This document shows, one piece after another, positions 25,857-37,594 of a stretch of DNA of 64,000 nucleotides. The notes beneath the pieces are model-generated. The model was not told the DNA's origin. It saw only the letters and a program-made list of their open reading frames with translations, and searched no databases. Source of the stretch: Felis catus (taxonomy: Eukaryota); NCBI RefSeq assembly GCF_018350175.1, contig NC_058368.1, forward strand, positions 212,786,001-212,850,000, given 5' to 3'. Within the stretch, counting starts at the first letter, position 1. Every line of letters begins with the position of its first letter. The position numbers were made by a program, and so were the translations under genes.

Positions 25857-26102
25857 GAGGTACGTTGGTGGCTCAGTCAGTTGAGTGTCTGACTCTGGAC
25901 TTCAGCTCAGGTCACGATTCCAGAGTCGTGGGATCAAGCCCTGCCTGGGGCTCTGCACTGACAGCACAGAGCCTGCTTGGGATTCTCTCTCTGCCCCTCC
26001 CCCACTCACATACTCTGTCTCCCTCAAAATAAAAAAAAAATAAGCTTAAAAAAAAAGATTCTCTCCCTCTGTCACTCTCCCCTGCTCACATGCACACTCT
26101 TA

Positions 26103-26135
<33 letters not shown>
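25857..26135 (+). mobile_element. Can-SINE with duplicated or nested 3' part and (TAA)n tail
   Basis: One head followed by two CT-rich/A-tail modules. Confidence 0.85.
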
Positions 26136-26136
<1 letters not shown>

Positions 26137-26292
26137 GATTGGATTTCATTAAAATAAAGAACTTCTGTTCATTGAAATGAATCATTAGGGAAGTAAATTG
26201 GCAAGCTCCAAACTAGAAAACTACACTTGGGATACATGTAGCTAAGAAATGTCTTGGATGTAGAATATATTAAGAACTACAAACTAGTAAGT

Positions 26293-26323
<31 letters not shown>

Positions 26324-26374
26324 TGAACAAAACTTGAACAGCTACTTCATTTCCAGATGGCCAAAAATCATATT

Positions 26375-26588
26375 TTTTAAGAATTTTTTAATGTTTACTT
26401 ACTTTTGAGAGAGTAAGACACAGAGCATGAATGCAAGAGGGACAGAGAGAGGGAGACACAGAATCCAAAGACTTCAGGCTCCAAGCTGTCAGCACAGAGC
26501 CCGATGTGGGGCTCAAACCCACAAACTGGGAAATCATGACCTGAGCCAAAGTTGGACACTTAATGGACTGAGCCACCAGGTATCCCTC
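26375..26588 (-). mobile_element. Can-SINE
   Basis: Reverse-complement head and tail; imperfect TSD CAAAAATCATATTT / CAAAAAGCATATTT. Confidence 0.9.
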
Positions 26589-26700
26589 AAAAAGCATATT
26601 TAAAAATGCTCAATATTATTACCTATCAGGAAAATGAAAATTAAAACCACTTTGTGGTACCATTGCACACCTGCTGGAGTGTTTTTTAAAAAGACTGATA

Positions 26701-27121
26701 GACTTATTTCACTTAGCTTAATACCCTCCAGTTCCATCCATGTTGCTGCAATAAGTCAGTCAGAGAAAGATAGATATCATATGTTTTCACTCATATGTGG
26801 AACTTGAGAAACTTAGCAGAAGACCATGGGGGAAGGGAAGGGAAAAAAAAATAGTTACAAACAGAGAGGGAGGGAAGCAAACCACAAGAGACTCTTAAAT
26901 ACAGAGAACAAACTGAGAATGGATGGGGGGTGGGGGAGAGAGGAAAATGGGTGATGGGCATTAAGGAAGGTACTTGTTGGGATGAGCACTGGGTGTTGTA
27001 TGTAAGTGATGAATCACGGGAATAGATGCCCAAAACCAAGAGCACACTATTACACTGTATGTTAACCAACTTAACAATAAATTATATTTTAAAAATTAAT
27101 TAATTAATTAATTAATTAATT
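26701..27121 (+). mobile_element. Short L1 3' end with 50-bp 5' inversion
   Basis: 26701-26750 is antisense L1, remainder sense; TSD AAAAGACTGA(T/C)A at 26689-26700 and 27122-27133. Confidence 0.9.
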
Positions 27122-27814
27122 AAAAGACTGACAATATCAAGAGTTGGCGAGGATGTCTAGCAACTGGAACACTCATATATTGCTAATGGAATGTAAATTT
27201 GTTGAACCACTTAGCAAAATTTTTTGGCCGCCTGTACTAAAGTTAAACAAATGCCCACCCAATGACTCAGCATTTCTGCTCCTAGGTATACCTAAGATAA
27301 ACAAGTGCATATAGCCACCAAAAGAAATAAACAAGAATGTTCATAACATCTTTATTCATAATGGGCTTTTGCCCATCAGTAGGATAACAGATAAACAATA
27401 GTATATTCATTCATACAATGGAACATTACTCCACAATGAGAGAGAACTTCTGATCATGCAATAACATGAATGAATCTCAAAATATAAAATGGAGCACAAA
27501 AAGCCAGATAAAAAGTACATATTGTATGATTCCCCGTAAATGTGATTCAAGGACAAAGAAAACTAATCTGTGGTATTAGAAGACAGAAGAGTGATTACCT
27601 CATTGAGGAGATAGGATATGGACTGAAAGGAGCAAGGAATCTTCTCAATTGATGGCAATATTCTATGCCTTAATCCAGATGTTGGTTACATGGGTGAATA
27701 TATATGTAAAATTTTACTGAGTTGCACACTTAATATTTGTGCACTTGTGTTTAAGTTTACCTGTGTATAAGTTACATATCAATTTTTTAAAATTCTTCAG
27801 AAGGAAAAAAAAAG

Positions 27815-28195
27815 TCCATCTCTGTTTAAACCTTCCAATGGCTGGCTTCCCATCTCATTCTTCATAAAAGCCCAAGTTCTTTCTATTTAACATGGCCTAT
27901 GTGATCTGCCTCCCCACCAGTTCCAATCACGCTCCACCTCTCTATTTCCGAAATACACCAGGCATTCTTCTGTCTCAGGGTCATTGCTCTTCCATCAGAA
28001 GCTCTTTGCACACTCATTGCTATTTAACACAACATGTATTTTATGGATTATTTATTATCAGTCTCCTACACCTGATTGTAAGCTTTATGAGGGCAGACAT
28101 TTGTGTCAATTTTGTTCCACCATATCCCTAGCATCTAGAAGAGTCTGACATATGATAGATAGGTACTCAATAAATATTTTGTAATGAATGAATGT
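27815..28195 (+). mobile_element. L2 3' end
   Basis: TGTAAGCTTTATGAGGGCAG...TAGGTACTCAATAAATATTT...ATGAATGAATG. Confidence 0.85.
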
Positions 28196-28394
28196 AAGAT
28201 GTCATGACATTTTCAATAAATATTGGGCAACTTTTGTGCACACTTCATATTCTCTCACCCAGTTTCTTACTCCAATCCTATAGCAATTCCATACAGACTT
28301 TGACCAAATTGTCCTGGCTTTAATATGATAGTGACTTATCTTAGACCATGTAATGGATCTTTCACTTCTTGCACTGAGGCTTTCTTTAATGCCA

Positions 28395-28997
28395 AAGTGT
28401 GGGAATCTGCTTACTACATGAGGGCAACCCAGAAGGCTGGAGAATTAATAACCCCATTGAAAAGACCCTTGACCACTGGGGAGGAAAGCTAATGGATAAA
28501 TTCTTCCTCTTTTCATCCTCTAAGGCAAAGGTAGGCAAACTCTTTTTTTTTTTTTTTTGTAAATGGCTAGATAGAAAATAATTTAGGCTTTGCAAGCCAT
28601 ACAGTCTCACAACTACTTGACGTTGCCACCATAACCTGAATACAAGCATAGAAAATATATAAATGAATGATGCAGCTGTGTTCCAATAAAACTTTATTTA
28701 CAAAAAATAGCTGATTTGGGGAAGATTTTCCCCAGAGGTCATAATTAGCCAACTCCTACTCTAGGCAACAGTACAAGAGACACTTCAAAAGGCTCATCAG
28801 AAGTTCCCAGCAGGATGAAGCACCTACATTACTTTTCCTACAGTGGTTTTCAAATCAATAATGCATCCTTGTATTGGTTTTCGCTCCTTCCCTGTTTCAT
28901 ATTCCCTGTTTGTCTTCAGAACCAAATAAATAAATAAACTACCTGCATGCAAGCCTTAGCCTCAGGCTCTGCTTTCAGAGGAACCCAGGCTATGCCA
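28395..28997 (+). mobile_element. LTR16-like ERVL LTR (interrupted by MER58A)
   Basis: 3' end AAATAAACTACCTGCA...CTCAGGCTCTGCTTTCAGAGGAACCCAGGCTA. Confidence 0.75.
28526..28757 (+). mobile_element. MER58A-like hAT DNA transposon
   Basis: GGCAAAC...TTTAGGCTTTGC...GCTGTGTTCCAATAAAACTTTATTTACAAAAA. Confidence 0.85.
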
Positions 28998-29768
28998 TGA
29001 TTCTAGAAAGCATGATTGCATTCTTACTGTAGGTCAAATACTATTTGATTCCTGATACTAAGTACAAATTATCCTTAATCTCACAATAGGCCATTTTACA
29101 GAAAAATATACCAAAGATAAAATTATTTGAACCAAACCTGACTTTTCTAAGAAACGATGTAGTACTAGCCCTTTAGTTTCAAGGACCAGATACCATTTTT
29201 TTTTCCATAGAAAGTATTTTAAACAAACATTATAGCCCTGGCCAAAATAGTAAACAAAATATAAAACATTATTTCATATAACAACTTCGTTTATCAAACT
29301 ACAAAATTCTTATTTTTATGACTCCTCCATTAACTTTATTCAACATATTGGAAGACTATCTAATGTGAGGACATTTTGACAGATATTCATGAGGAAATGC
29401 CAAACCATTTTTTTTTTCAAACCATTTTTAATGGCAGTTGAAACTTGATCCAGGAATGTTAGGATTCCTGCTGTTGTGCTGTTTTTTCCCCATGTTTTTT
29501 GTGGCAACAACGGTTTGAGAATCAGTTCTTAAATACAACTACTAAAATACTGCTACCTCCAGTATTTTAAAGTTTTTCCTCAAAATTGTCCGTGTTTACC
29601 TGCCATGACTTTGACAAGTGGTAACATGGCTATATCTGTCAGATATAAAGAGCTGAGAATATGAAATTCACTAACTTAGATCACTGTAATAAAATGAAGA
29701 CCATGAGGTGAAGTCCCAGTGTGGTAGCCTGCTGTTGCAAGCAAATATTAAAAACATCAATTCTTGCA

Positions 29769-29978
29769 GGGCACCTGGGTGGCTCCCTCGGTTGAGCGCG
29801 GGACTCTTGGTTTCAGCTCGGGTCATGTTCTCACAGGTTCCTGGTTTCGAGCCCCACATCAGGCTCAATTCTGACAGCATGGAGCTTGCTTGGGATTCTC
29901 TGTCTCCCTCTCTTTCTTCCCCTCCCCCACTTGTACTGTCTCTGTGTCTTGCAAAATCAATAAAACTTAAAAAAAAAA
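29769..29978 (+). mobile_element. Can-SINE
   Basis: Head and tail; imperfect TSD AATTCTTGCA / AATACTTGTA. Confidence 0.9.
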
Positions 29979-30094
29979 TACTTGTAATCTATACATTTGT
30001 AACCATAGGCAGCCATTTCACAAAATTTGATGTTGTCCACAAGAGACTTCACAGAGGCATATTGATGGTATTACTATTAGAAAAACAGCCAAAA

Positions 30095-30306
30095 TGGGGC
30101 ACCTGGCTGACACGGTCAGTTAAGCGTCTGACTTTGGCTCGGGTCTTGATCTTGTGGTTCCTGGGTTTGAGCCCCACATTGGGCTTTGTCCTGACAGCTC
30201 AGAGCCTGGAGCCTGCTTTGGATTCTGTGTCTCCCTCTCTCTGCCCCTCCCCTGCTTGCATTTTGTCTCTCTCTCTCTCAAAAATAAATAAATATTAAAA
30301 AAAAAA
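30095..30306 (+). mobile_element. Can-SINE
   Basis: TSD TTAGAAAAACAGCCAAAA at 30077-30094 and 30307-30324. Confidence 0.95.
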
Positions 30307-30449
30307 TTAGAAAAACAGCCAAAAAAAAAAAAAAAAACAGTTCTTCTGGTGGTGCATTTTCCAACCTGCATGGGTTCATTTTCACCTACATGGGGAATTG
30401 AGTTCTTTCTTCAAGTTAAGATGGCAGGTTCTGCCTCCATTATTTCCTA

Positions 30450-30845
30450 GCTTACTTCACCTCTCTAAACCTTAGGGTTTTGTTGGGTTTTTTGTTTGTC
30501 TGTTTGTTTGTTTTTGTTTTCTGAAAAGTGGGAATAATAATAGTACCTATCTCAAAGACTTCTGTAAGGATTAAATAATAATTTATGAACAGGATTTGGG
30601 GACACCTGGGTGGCTTAGTTGGTTTAGCGTCCAACTTTTGATTTCAGCTCAGGTCATGATCTAATGGTTCATCAGTTTGAGCCCCACATCGGGCTCTGTG
30701 CTGACCACATGGAAGCTGTTTGGGATTCTCTCTCTCCTCTCTCTGCTCTCTCTCTTTTAAAATAAATAAACCTAAATTTAAAAAAAAATTCACGAACAGG
30801 ATTCAACACAGTCCCTGGCACACAACAAATGCTTATTAGTAAATA
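30450..30845 (+). mobile_element. MIR interrupted by a Can-SINE (30597-30787)
   Basis: TTACTTCACCTCTCT...GGAATAATAATAGTACCTATCTCA...CCTGGCACACA; SINE TSD ATTTATGAACAGGATT / ATTCACGAACAGGATT. Confidence 0.8.
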
Positions 30846-30856
30846 TTGACTGTCAC

Positions 30857-31254
30857 CTCTGTCATTGCCATCATCACCATTTATTTCAACAGACTATTTG
30901 AATTTAATGTCTTTTCTGGACCATTTACTCCTTTTTTTTTCTTCCATAAGGTTTGCATCCCAAAATCTGATGCAATGTTTCTCAACCCCCTTTAATTTCC
31001 ATTTCTATAAGCATAAAATTGCATGCAATACACTCCATATTCTGATAGCCTACCATAAATCATTGGAAATCTTCTTAGCTAATGGACTATTTATTTTAAA
31101 TTGTATTTGGCTTTAGTTTATGCAGCTGTTATTATGAAATTATTTATAGTTTTATTCCTCCAGGCGTCTATGTTCCTGTTACCCCATTCCATATTGTATT
31201 CCCCATAGCACTTGCATCCTCCCATGTCTTCTGGTTTCCTGTCCTCAAAGAGTC
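30857..31254 (-). pseudogene. Fossil exon (3' boundary uncertain)
   Basis: Acceptor CTGTCACCCTCATAG; phase-1 join gives FLDE-G-LFEDRKPEDMGGCKCYGEYNMEWGNRNIDAWRNKTINNFIITAA. Confidence 0.55.
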
Positions 31255-32651
31255 CTATGAGGGTGACAGACAAGCAAACCAGTAACCTGAACATAGATTT
31301 TCAAATTTTTCTAGTGCATGTAGTAGAAGAAAAATTCAACTTGGGATAGAGAGAAGATGCTCTTCCATGGAATTCTTCTGCTCTTCTAAACATCCCCAAC
31401 TCCTTATTAAAACATTTTTCACTAGTCTGTCCTCCCACTCACTTGAAAATTTTCTTTTGGTTATCATCACTACCCCTTGCCCATGTCTTCCACCATTATG
31501 CCCTCTCCATTAAAATTCCATTCGCTCAAAATAGGATCTAAATGAAATATCTTAAGAGTGAAGAATAGATCAAACTAGTTCACACTAAAAGAAATAAGTT
31601 AACTACTGCCTCAGGGCACTAGCTCTTCTCTTTTCAGCTCTTTATATTGAAATCCCTTCCCTTTTAGTTTGGAAATAAAAGCATAAAGAGAATATCAAGA
31701 AATGTCAGTGTCCTCCTCCTCGTAGGGGATCAACATGAAAATCTTAAACTAGTTATCCCTAAGGGCTACATTCCCAAAGGTGGAATTTCAGTGTGACTGG
31801 CCCATGTGTATGTGTGTTTAGAGTGGTGGGGGAAGTGGGGAGGTTTGCCTGGATGTGAACAATTGCCCCATACATAGCCCTTTGGAAAGTATGAATTTTT
31901 TGCATATTAAGTGGTCTTAGAGTAGGCTCTATCTATGAAGAGAAAATTTCAAATGATACATGTATTGCTGAGGCATATAAATGGTTCTTTGCAAATGTAT
32001 AAGTATCCTTTTTACAGTAGGTACCTTATGTAAGGGAGAGACATAATTTAAAATGAAATGTAGGAGTATGGAGTGATTATTAAGTTTCAAGGTAGATACT
32101 TATGTTGTTGGCATCTTTGAGAAATAAAGCTTAATCCAAAATGATTTGAGATGAATCAGAGGTTAAAGAACACTACACAAATACTTCTGCTGTCTAAAGC
32201 TAAATTGCTTTTGGGCATTACTCCATCTGTAAAGAGGCAGGAGACAAGATTAATGTTTGTTTGACATTCTAGCCATTAGGTATAAAGTTTAGTCTTCAGT
32301 GAGGAAAGGGAATCACTTGTAATTTCAAAAAATGGGAGACAGGCCTCAGCTAAGGAAGGAAAAGTTTAGACTAGATATTAGGAAAAAGAATGTTCCTATG
32401 AACAAGAGCCACAGAGTATTAGAGTAGATTCCCAAAAGAGGTCAAAGGAGCTCCTGTGCAAAAAATAATGGTTTTATTAAGATGTTATTGGAATATAAGA
32501 AATGGCTTGAAAAATGCCAGTAGAGGCATCTGATCCTAGAGCTGGACCACTCAATAGCAAGCTATGTGCAAGGCCATAGGGAAACACAATAAAGAAGAAT
32601 GACACTCTACTAATGAAAACTATAGAGAGTGAAGAATCTCTTCCTTCATAC

Positions 32652-32790
32652 CCTCATCCAAAAAGTCTTTCAGAAATCCGCGAAGATAAGCATGTCAGGT
32701 CAGAGAAGGAAAAGTCAAAGGTGCGCATGAAGCTCAGAACTTCAGAGACTTTCAAACAGATGAACACATACATTTTTAATTCCCTGAAAT
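32652..32790 (-). pseudogene. Fossil exon
   Basis: Acceptor CTCATTCTGCTCCCAG, donor AGG|GTATGA; ...KSLKF*ASCAPLTFPSLT*HAYLRGFLKDFLDE, phase-1 end. Confidence 0.55.
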
Positions 32791-32857
32791 CTGGGAGCAG
32801 AATGAGATTTTATAAACACTTCATAGGAATGCCAAAAGTCAGGATTTTTATACATAC

Positions 32858-33014
32858 ATTATAGGTCAGCTTTTCCAGTAACAGGAAGATCTTCAAGAAA
32901 GACATCTGAAATTTACCTCCCAAAAGTGATACATTGTGTTTATTACCAGATCCCGTAATCTTATATGTCTCATTCAAGTCAACAGAACTCATTACAAACT
33001 GCACTTCTAAAAAC
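32858..33014 (-). pseudogene. Fossil exon, still stop-free
   Basis: Acceptor TTTTATGGTTAG, donor AAT|GTATGT; phase-2 start completes a Trp codon from the previous exon; FLEVQFVMSSVDLNETYKITGSG...LLEKLTYN (inside track ORF 32810-33100). Confidence 0.55.
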
Positions 33015-33544
33015 CTAACCATAAAATATGAAACTGGGATCTCCCTACCCCACACCAGAAAATCTAGCTTATATGTTTGAGCTTTAAAATTTGAACACAA
33101 GAACTTCCTTCACATTGACCAATCAGCTCTAAAATGAAAATTTCATTATTAGCCACTTGTATTGACAGAGCTCCTAACAATTTGATATATTTTACTGAAT
33201 CAAGTTATTACTTTTAATACAGTTTTATGTTTTTTTTAGAGCCACAAAATGTGAGGGTATATGATATCTTTCTGAAATCTGTTTCATTCCATTAATGGAC
33301 AGAGTTGATTTGCCTCATCTGACTAGCTAAGCTCATATTACTTCCATCCCTCACCTCTATATTTCTCCCCCATTCTTATTCAAAGAAGCCGGATGGCTCT
33401 TTCTTCTCCTTGGTCTTGTGGATACCATGTCTTCTGTTCCTCATTTCCAGGTATGACTTAGGTTCATGTTGAAAATGCCTATTTTCACAAATACTGAGCA
33501 CCATTGGTGACTTTAGCCTCCAAAGGATTCTGTTCAGCTTCTTT

Positions 33545-34040
33545 TGAATTTATTCATTTAACATTTGTTAAATGCCTACTGTGTAAAAGAGATACAGTGT
33601 TGAACAACACAAGCAAGGTCCCTAATCTCTTGGAATATATTCTAGTGAAGGCGAACAAACAATAAAAAAGAAATAAATATGAAAATATCAGGTAATGAAA
33701 AATGCTGGGACAAAAATAAAATAGCTTATCTGTTTATATAGGCATAGATATGGAATGACTAGGAAGGGTGGCTTATTTAGATTGGAAGATCAATAAAGTT
33801 TTCTGAGTAGATATTAGCAGAGTTCTGGATGACAAGGGTGTAAATATTTTAGGGAAGAGCGTGTCAGACAGAAGTAACAGTTGATGCAAGGTCCCTGAGG
33901 TAAGGAAAAGTTGACATATGGGAGGAACAGAAGAAGATCCAAAGGCTGGAGCTCTGAGCAGAGAGGTGTAACAGGAGGTAATATAAGTGGGCAAGGGCCA
34001 GATCTTATACAGACCTATAGATCAGGGTAAGGGGTTTGGA
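33545..34040 (-). mobile_element. L2 3' region
   Basis: ATTCATTTAACATTTGTTAAATGCCTACTGTG...TGCAAGGTCCCTGAGGTA...GGCTGGAGC. Confidence 0.8.
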
Positions 34041-34139
34041 TATTATCCCCAGAATGATTGTGTGACATTTACTTTCCAAGGTCCATTCTTTTATAATAAA
34101 TGCTTGTTTCTTTCCTTCTTTTTGTTCTTATTCCCTTCT

Positions 34140-34546
34140 TTCCTGCAGTGGAGTTTCTTTATATCAATTTCTCCTCTCCTTGTAGAAACACAGAATTACA
34201 TTTCTCTACTCCCTCATTTGTAGGTGAGGCCACATGACTAGAAATGACCAGTGAATTGTGAATAGAAATGACATGTCCCTTCTTAGTTAAGGCCTTTGTC
34301 AATAAAAGTTCCACAGTTCTCTCTTCTGTTGTAACAACCTAGAAGGTGACGTGCCACAGCTTGTACCAGAAGGTAAAGTGGTAGGGTGTCTATCAGACTG
34401 GGTCCTTGAGCGATTATGTAATGCAGAGCCCCCTCTGACCCACTGATATATAATGGGAACAAAAACCAAAATTTTTGTATCTTAAACCACAGACATTTGG
34501 AAGTTCTTAATTAACAGAACATAGCCTAAATTAGTCTGATTAATAT
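34140..34546 (+). mobile_element. Old MLT1 (J-like) MaLR LTR
   Basis: GGCCACATGACT...AGAAATGACATGT...TAAACCACAGACATTTGG...CATAGCCTA...CTGATTAATA. Confidence 0.7.
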
Positions 34547-34972
34547 GCCTCCAAAATGTTCTTCATTAAAAATAAGTTCTAAACTGGGTTGTTACCAGTC
34601 AGCCCAAATCATTTTTTTGTAGCCACTGCTGACAGTTCACTCAATATAAATTAAATCATCACTGATTCTGATCCTCATCTTCTCCAAACAGTTCCCTTTT
34701 TTCTCCATTTCTGCTCCTACTTTTATTCATTAGGAGGCACAAGGTATTGTCACCACTTGTTAATAAATCATGACATTAACATTTATAAGGCCTACATTTT
34801 CTTGTTTAGAGAAAGGAATGGAGTTAATTACTAAAGTTTAGTGAGGAGAACCTTGTTCACAAGCTGCTGCCCTCCAGATGTTGGGAAGAATTTCAGAAGG
34901 GAAAGAAAGGCATGGAGATGCCAACTCCATTTTTATATTTAAGACAGAACAGCAGAAAACAGAGTTGCTTAC

Positions 34973-35074
34973 CATTTATATTTTCACTCTGAAAACCATC
35001 CATTATAGGAAACACTTAAATTTTTGATAACTCCCTCAAGTTCCTTACATTCACTACATTTCTTTAGAAAGTCT
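34973..35074 (-). pseudogene. Fossil exon (102 nt, phase 2/2)
   Basis: Acceptor TTTTCTTTTCTGACAG, donor ATG|GTAAGC; DFLKKCSECKELEGVIKNLSVSYNGWFSE*KYK. Confidence 0.6.
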
Positions 35075-35295
35075 CTGTCAGAAAAGAAAATTTTCTCCAC
35101 CTATGTTACATGGCAGCTTGATGCTTCTGCCAAGGCATATTGTAAATGGGACCCTCAATATGTCCAAGCAACACAAAGAAGCTTAGAAAGACCTAATTTC
35201 TTTCAAATGTCCTTGGCTCACACCACTTCATCCAGGCATGGCATTCTTTAAGCAGTTCCCAGTTCCTCTGATCAAACAAACTGGACTAACATTAC

Positions 35296-35599
35296 CTTGG
35301 GATTTTGACTCCATTCAAGAGATCTGCTTCAGCAAAACATCTGTTAAAGCTCCTGGATTTCTTCTATTTAATGAGGATCACATGCCATATGGTATGTAAT
35401 TCACCCTCTGAACCATGTTCTAGCCATCTTATTGAAGGAATTTGCCCAATCATCCATGATCTCTTCAATGACATTTTCATATTTGAAAAACTCAAAATCT
35501 CATACTTTGGCAGAACAGTTCAAAAAGTTATGCATCCATGAAACGGACATAAAGCAAGGATGCCTTCTTTTCTTCCTCTTCCAGTTTGGGTTTCATAAA
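35296..35599 (-). pseudogene. Fossil exon
   Basis: Acceptor GTACCCTCTAG, donor AAG|GTAATG; protein-like pieces in shifting frames: FMKPKLEEEEKKASLLYVRFMDA / DFEFFKYENVIEEIMDDWANSFNKMARTWFRG / CFAEADLLNGVKIP. Confidence 0.55.
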
Positions 35600-35760
35600 C
35601 TAGAGGGTACCAGTTATTAAGTTTCAGGTAAAGCCAACTTAGAATCACTCACAAATGGGAAGTGCATGAAAGGCTTTTGATGTACCAAATTAGCCATGTG
35701 CTTTTAAGAAAATTTCTCAGAACCCTAGAGGGGCTCCCTCATAATTAGAACAAACCATCA

Positions 35761-35905
35761 GGGGCACCTGGGTGGCTCAGTCTGTTGAGCTTCTGTCTCG
35801 ATTTCAGCTTGGGTCATGATCTCATGGTTCATGAGTTTGAGCCCAACATCAGGCTCTGTGCTGACAGTGTAGAGCCTGCTTGGGATATTCTCTCTCTTCC
35901 TCTGC

Positions 35906-35960
<55 letters not shown>

Positions 35961-35988
35961 AAAATAAATAAATAAACTTTAAAAAAAA
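35761..35988 (+). mobile_element. Can-SINE
   Basis: TSD AGAACAAACCATCA at 35747-35760 and 35989-36002. Confidence 0.95.
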
Positions 35989-36269
35989 AGAACAAACCAT
36001 CAAACTTCTAGTTTGTGAGGGCAGTAATAATGAAGCCCTAATCTCTTTTGGAGCATTAACTTTGCTAGGTTTCATGGCCAAAAACAGTAACACTGACCCC
36101 TCATTAATCATATAAAAGACAATATTTGTTCAGCATGTATTTAATGCATAGCATAGGCATTTTGCACAGTTGCTATTGGCCCCAAAGTTGGACCTGACAG
36201 AATGAATAGGTGAAATAAATATATAATATAATATATAATAACTGAGTAAATATTTCAAAATCTCTCCTT

Positions 36270-36460
36270 TCATATTGAGGGCATCCTATATACCAGGCAA
36301 TTTCATAAAAGATTGCCCACATTTAATTTTCACAGCTACATTAAGCAGTTTTTGTTTTTCCCATTTACCAGATGAGAAAAACTAAAATTCAGAATCATGA
36401 AATTACCTACTTAGCTGAGAGGTAGTTCAGAGTTAGAACCTGAACCCAGATCCTGAGCTT
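36270..36460 (-). mobile_element. MIR
   Basis: CCCATTTACCAGATGAGAAAAACTAA core. Confidence 0.65.
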
Positions 36461-36924
36461 CTTCCCTTTAAATTTATTGCTTCTCAAAGCCTGGAAGGGA
36501 GGGACACACAGTTAATATCCAAAGAGTATCTTCTTTGAATATCAAAGGCAACAAATGCAGTGTAAAAACTGCTTCCCCAGTCATTTACCTTGTGAGCTCT
36601 TAGCAGAGTAAATGCTACTTAGCCCATTTAAGTATTCATTGTCTACTCATAGAAATAGTAGTAAACATAACATTTGCAAATAATGTATTGGTGATACTTT
36701 TGGAATATAAAAATGTATTATAAAAATGTAAGTTTTTAAAACTTAGAATTCTCTTATCCAATGTGATCATTTAGGGTAGTTGATTGGTTAATTGAAAATC
36801 AATTTAGAACAGATACTCATTTAACATTATATTTACTTACCTTAAACATTTATTTTAACTAATGTATAATGAATATTCATTTACAAATCTTTTCATCTAT
36901 GTCCAAAGCCTTTTTAAAGGAGTT

Positions 36925-37590
36925 CCTATGCACTAATAATGAACAACCCAAAAAGGAAATTAACAGTAAAGCTGGAAAAACAAAAACAAAAAGGAAACTA
37001 AGACAAAAAATCCATGTACAATAGCATCAAAAAGAATAAAATATTTAGAATAAATTTAACTAGAGAGATGCAAGATTTGCACACTAAAAACTACAAAACA
37101 ATGCTGAAAGAAATTTAAAACTTACATAAATAGAAAAACACTTCATGTTCATGAATTGGAAGACTTAAAATTGTTAAGATGCCAATACTCCCCAAAGCAA
37201 TTTACAGATTCAACACAACCCCTGTAAAAATCTCAATGGCTTTTATTCTCAAAAATGGAAAAGCTGATCCTAAAATTCACATGGAATTGCCAGGAACTCT
37301 AGCCAAAAAATCTTGAAAGAGATGAACAAAGTCAGAGGACTCATACTTCCCAATTGCAGAACTAACTACAAAGCTCCATAAACAGTGTGGTACTAGCATA
37401 CAGCTAACTGGCATATAAATCAATGGAATAGAATTTGAGTACGGAAAAAAAAATCAAACTATAGTAAGAGTGCTGAGGCCATTCAATGGGGGAAAGAAGA
37501 GTCTCTTCAACAAATGGTTGAAATGGCAACTGGATATCAGCATACCAAAAGAATGAAGTTGAACCCATAACTCAAACCATGTGCAAACAT
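36925..37590 (+). mobile_element. Old L1M ORF2 fragment
   Basis: AACTACAAAACAATGCTGAAAGAAAT, GCAATTTACAGATTCAA, TCTCTTCAACAAATGG. Confidence 0.85.
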
Positions 37591-37594
37591 TGAT

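Larger units (their letters stand above)
24771..27813 (+). mobile_element. Ancient L1M element inserted in L2, carrying younger insertions
   Basis: Degraded ORF2 3' region (25400-27500) and L1M-type 3' UTR ending in an A tract at ~27810. Confidence 0.7.
28200..29237 (-). pseudogene. Fossil exon apparently interrupted by LTR16/MER58A (3' boundary uncertain)
   Basis: Acceptor TTTTGTTTACTATTTTGGCCAG, open frame GYNVCLKYFLWKKKWYLVLETKG...; coding-like sequence resumes beyond the LTR (ILKPGQFGQSLYGIAIGLE). Confidence 0.4.
29335..30385 (-). pseudogene. Large fossil exon containing two Can-SINEs and a 17-nt insertion
   Basis: After excising the insertions one frame runs RLENAPPEELFWLFF...YASVKSLVDNIKFCEMAAYGYKC...ELILKPLLPQKTWGKNSTTAGILTFLDQVSTAIKNGLAFPHEYLSKCPHIR, with several stops. 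Confidence 0.55.

Noticed and set aside
29708..30298. 196-aa ORF
   Set aside because: Stitched through two Can-SINEs.
35296..35599. CR1/L3 endonuclease remnant (RGRKEGILAL resembles GRRGGGVALYV)
   Set aside because: No GDFN or other endonuclease motif follows, and the splice boundaries fit an exon better.
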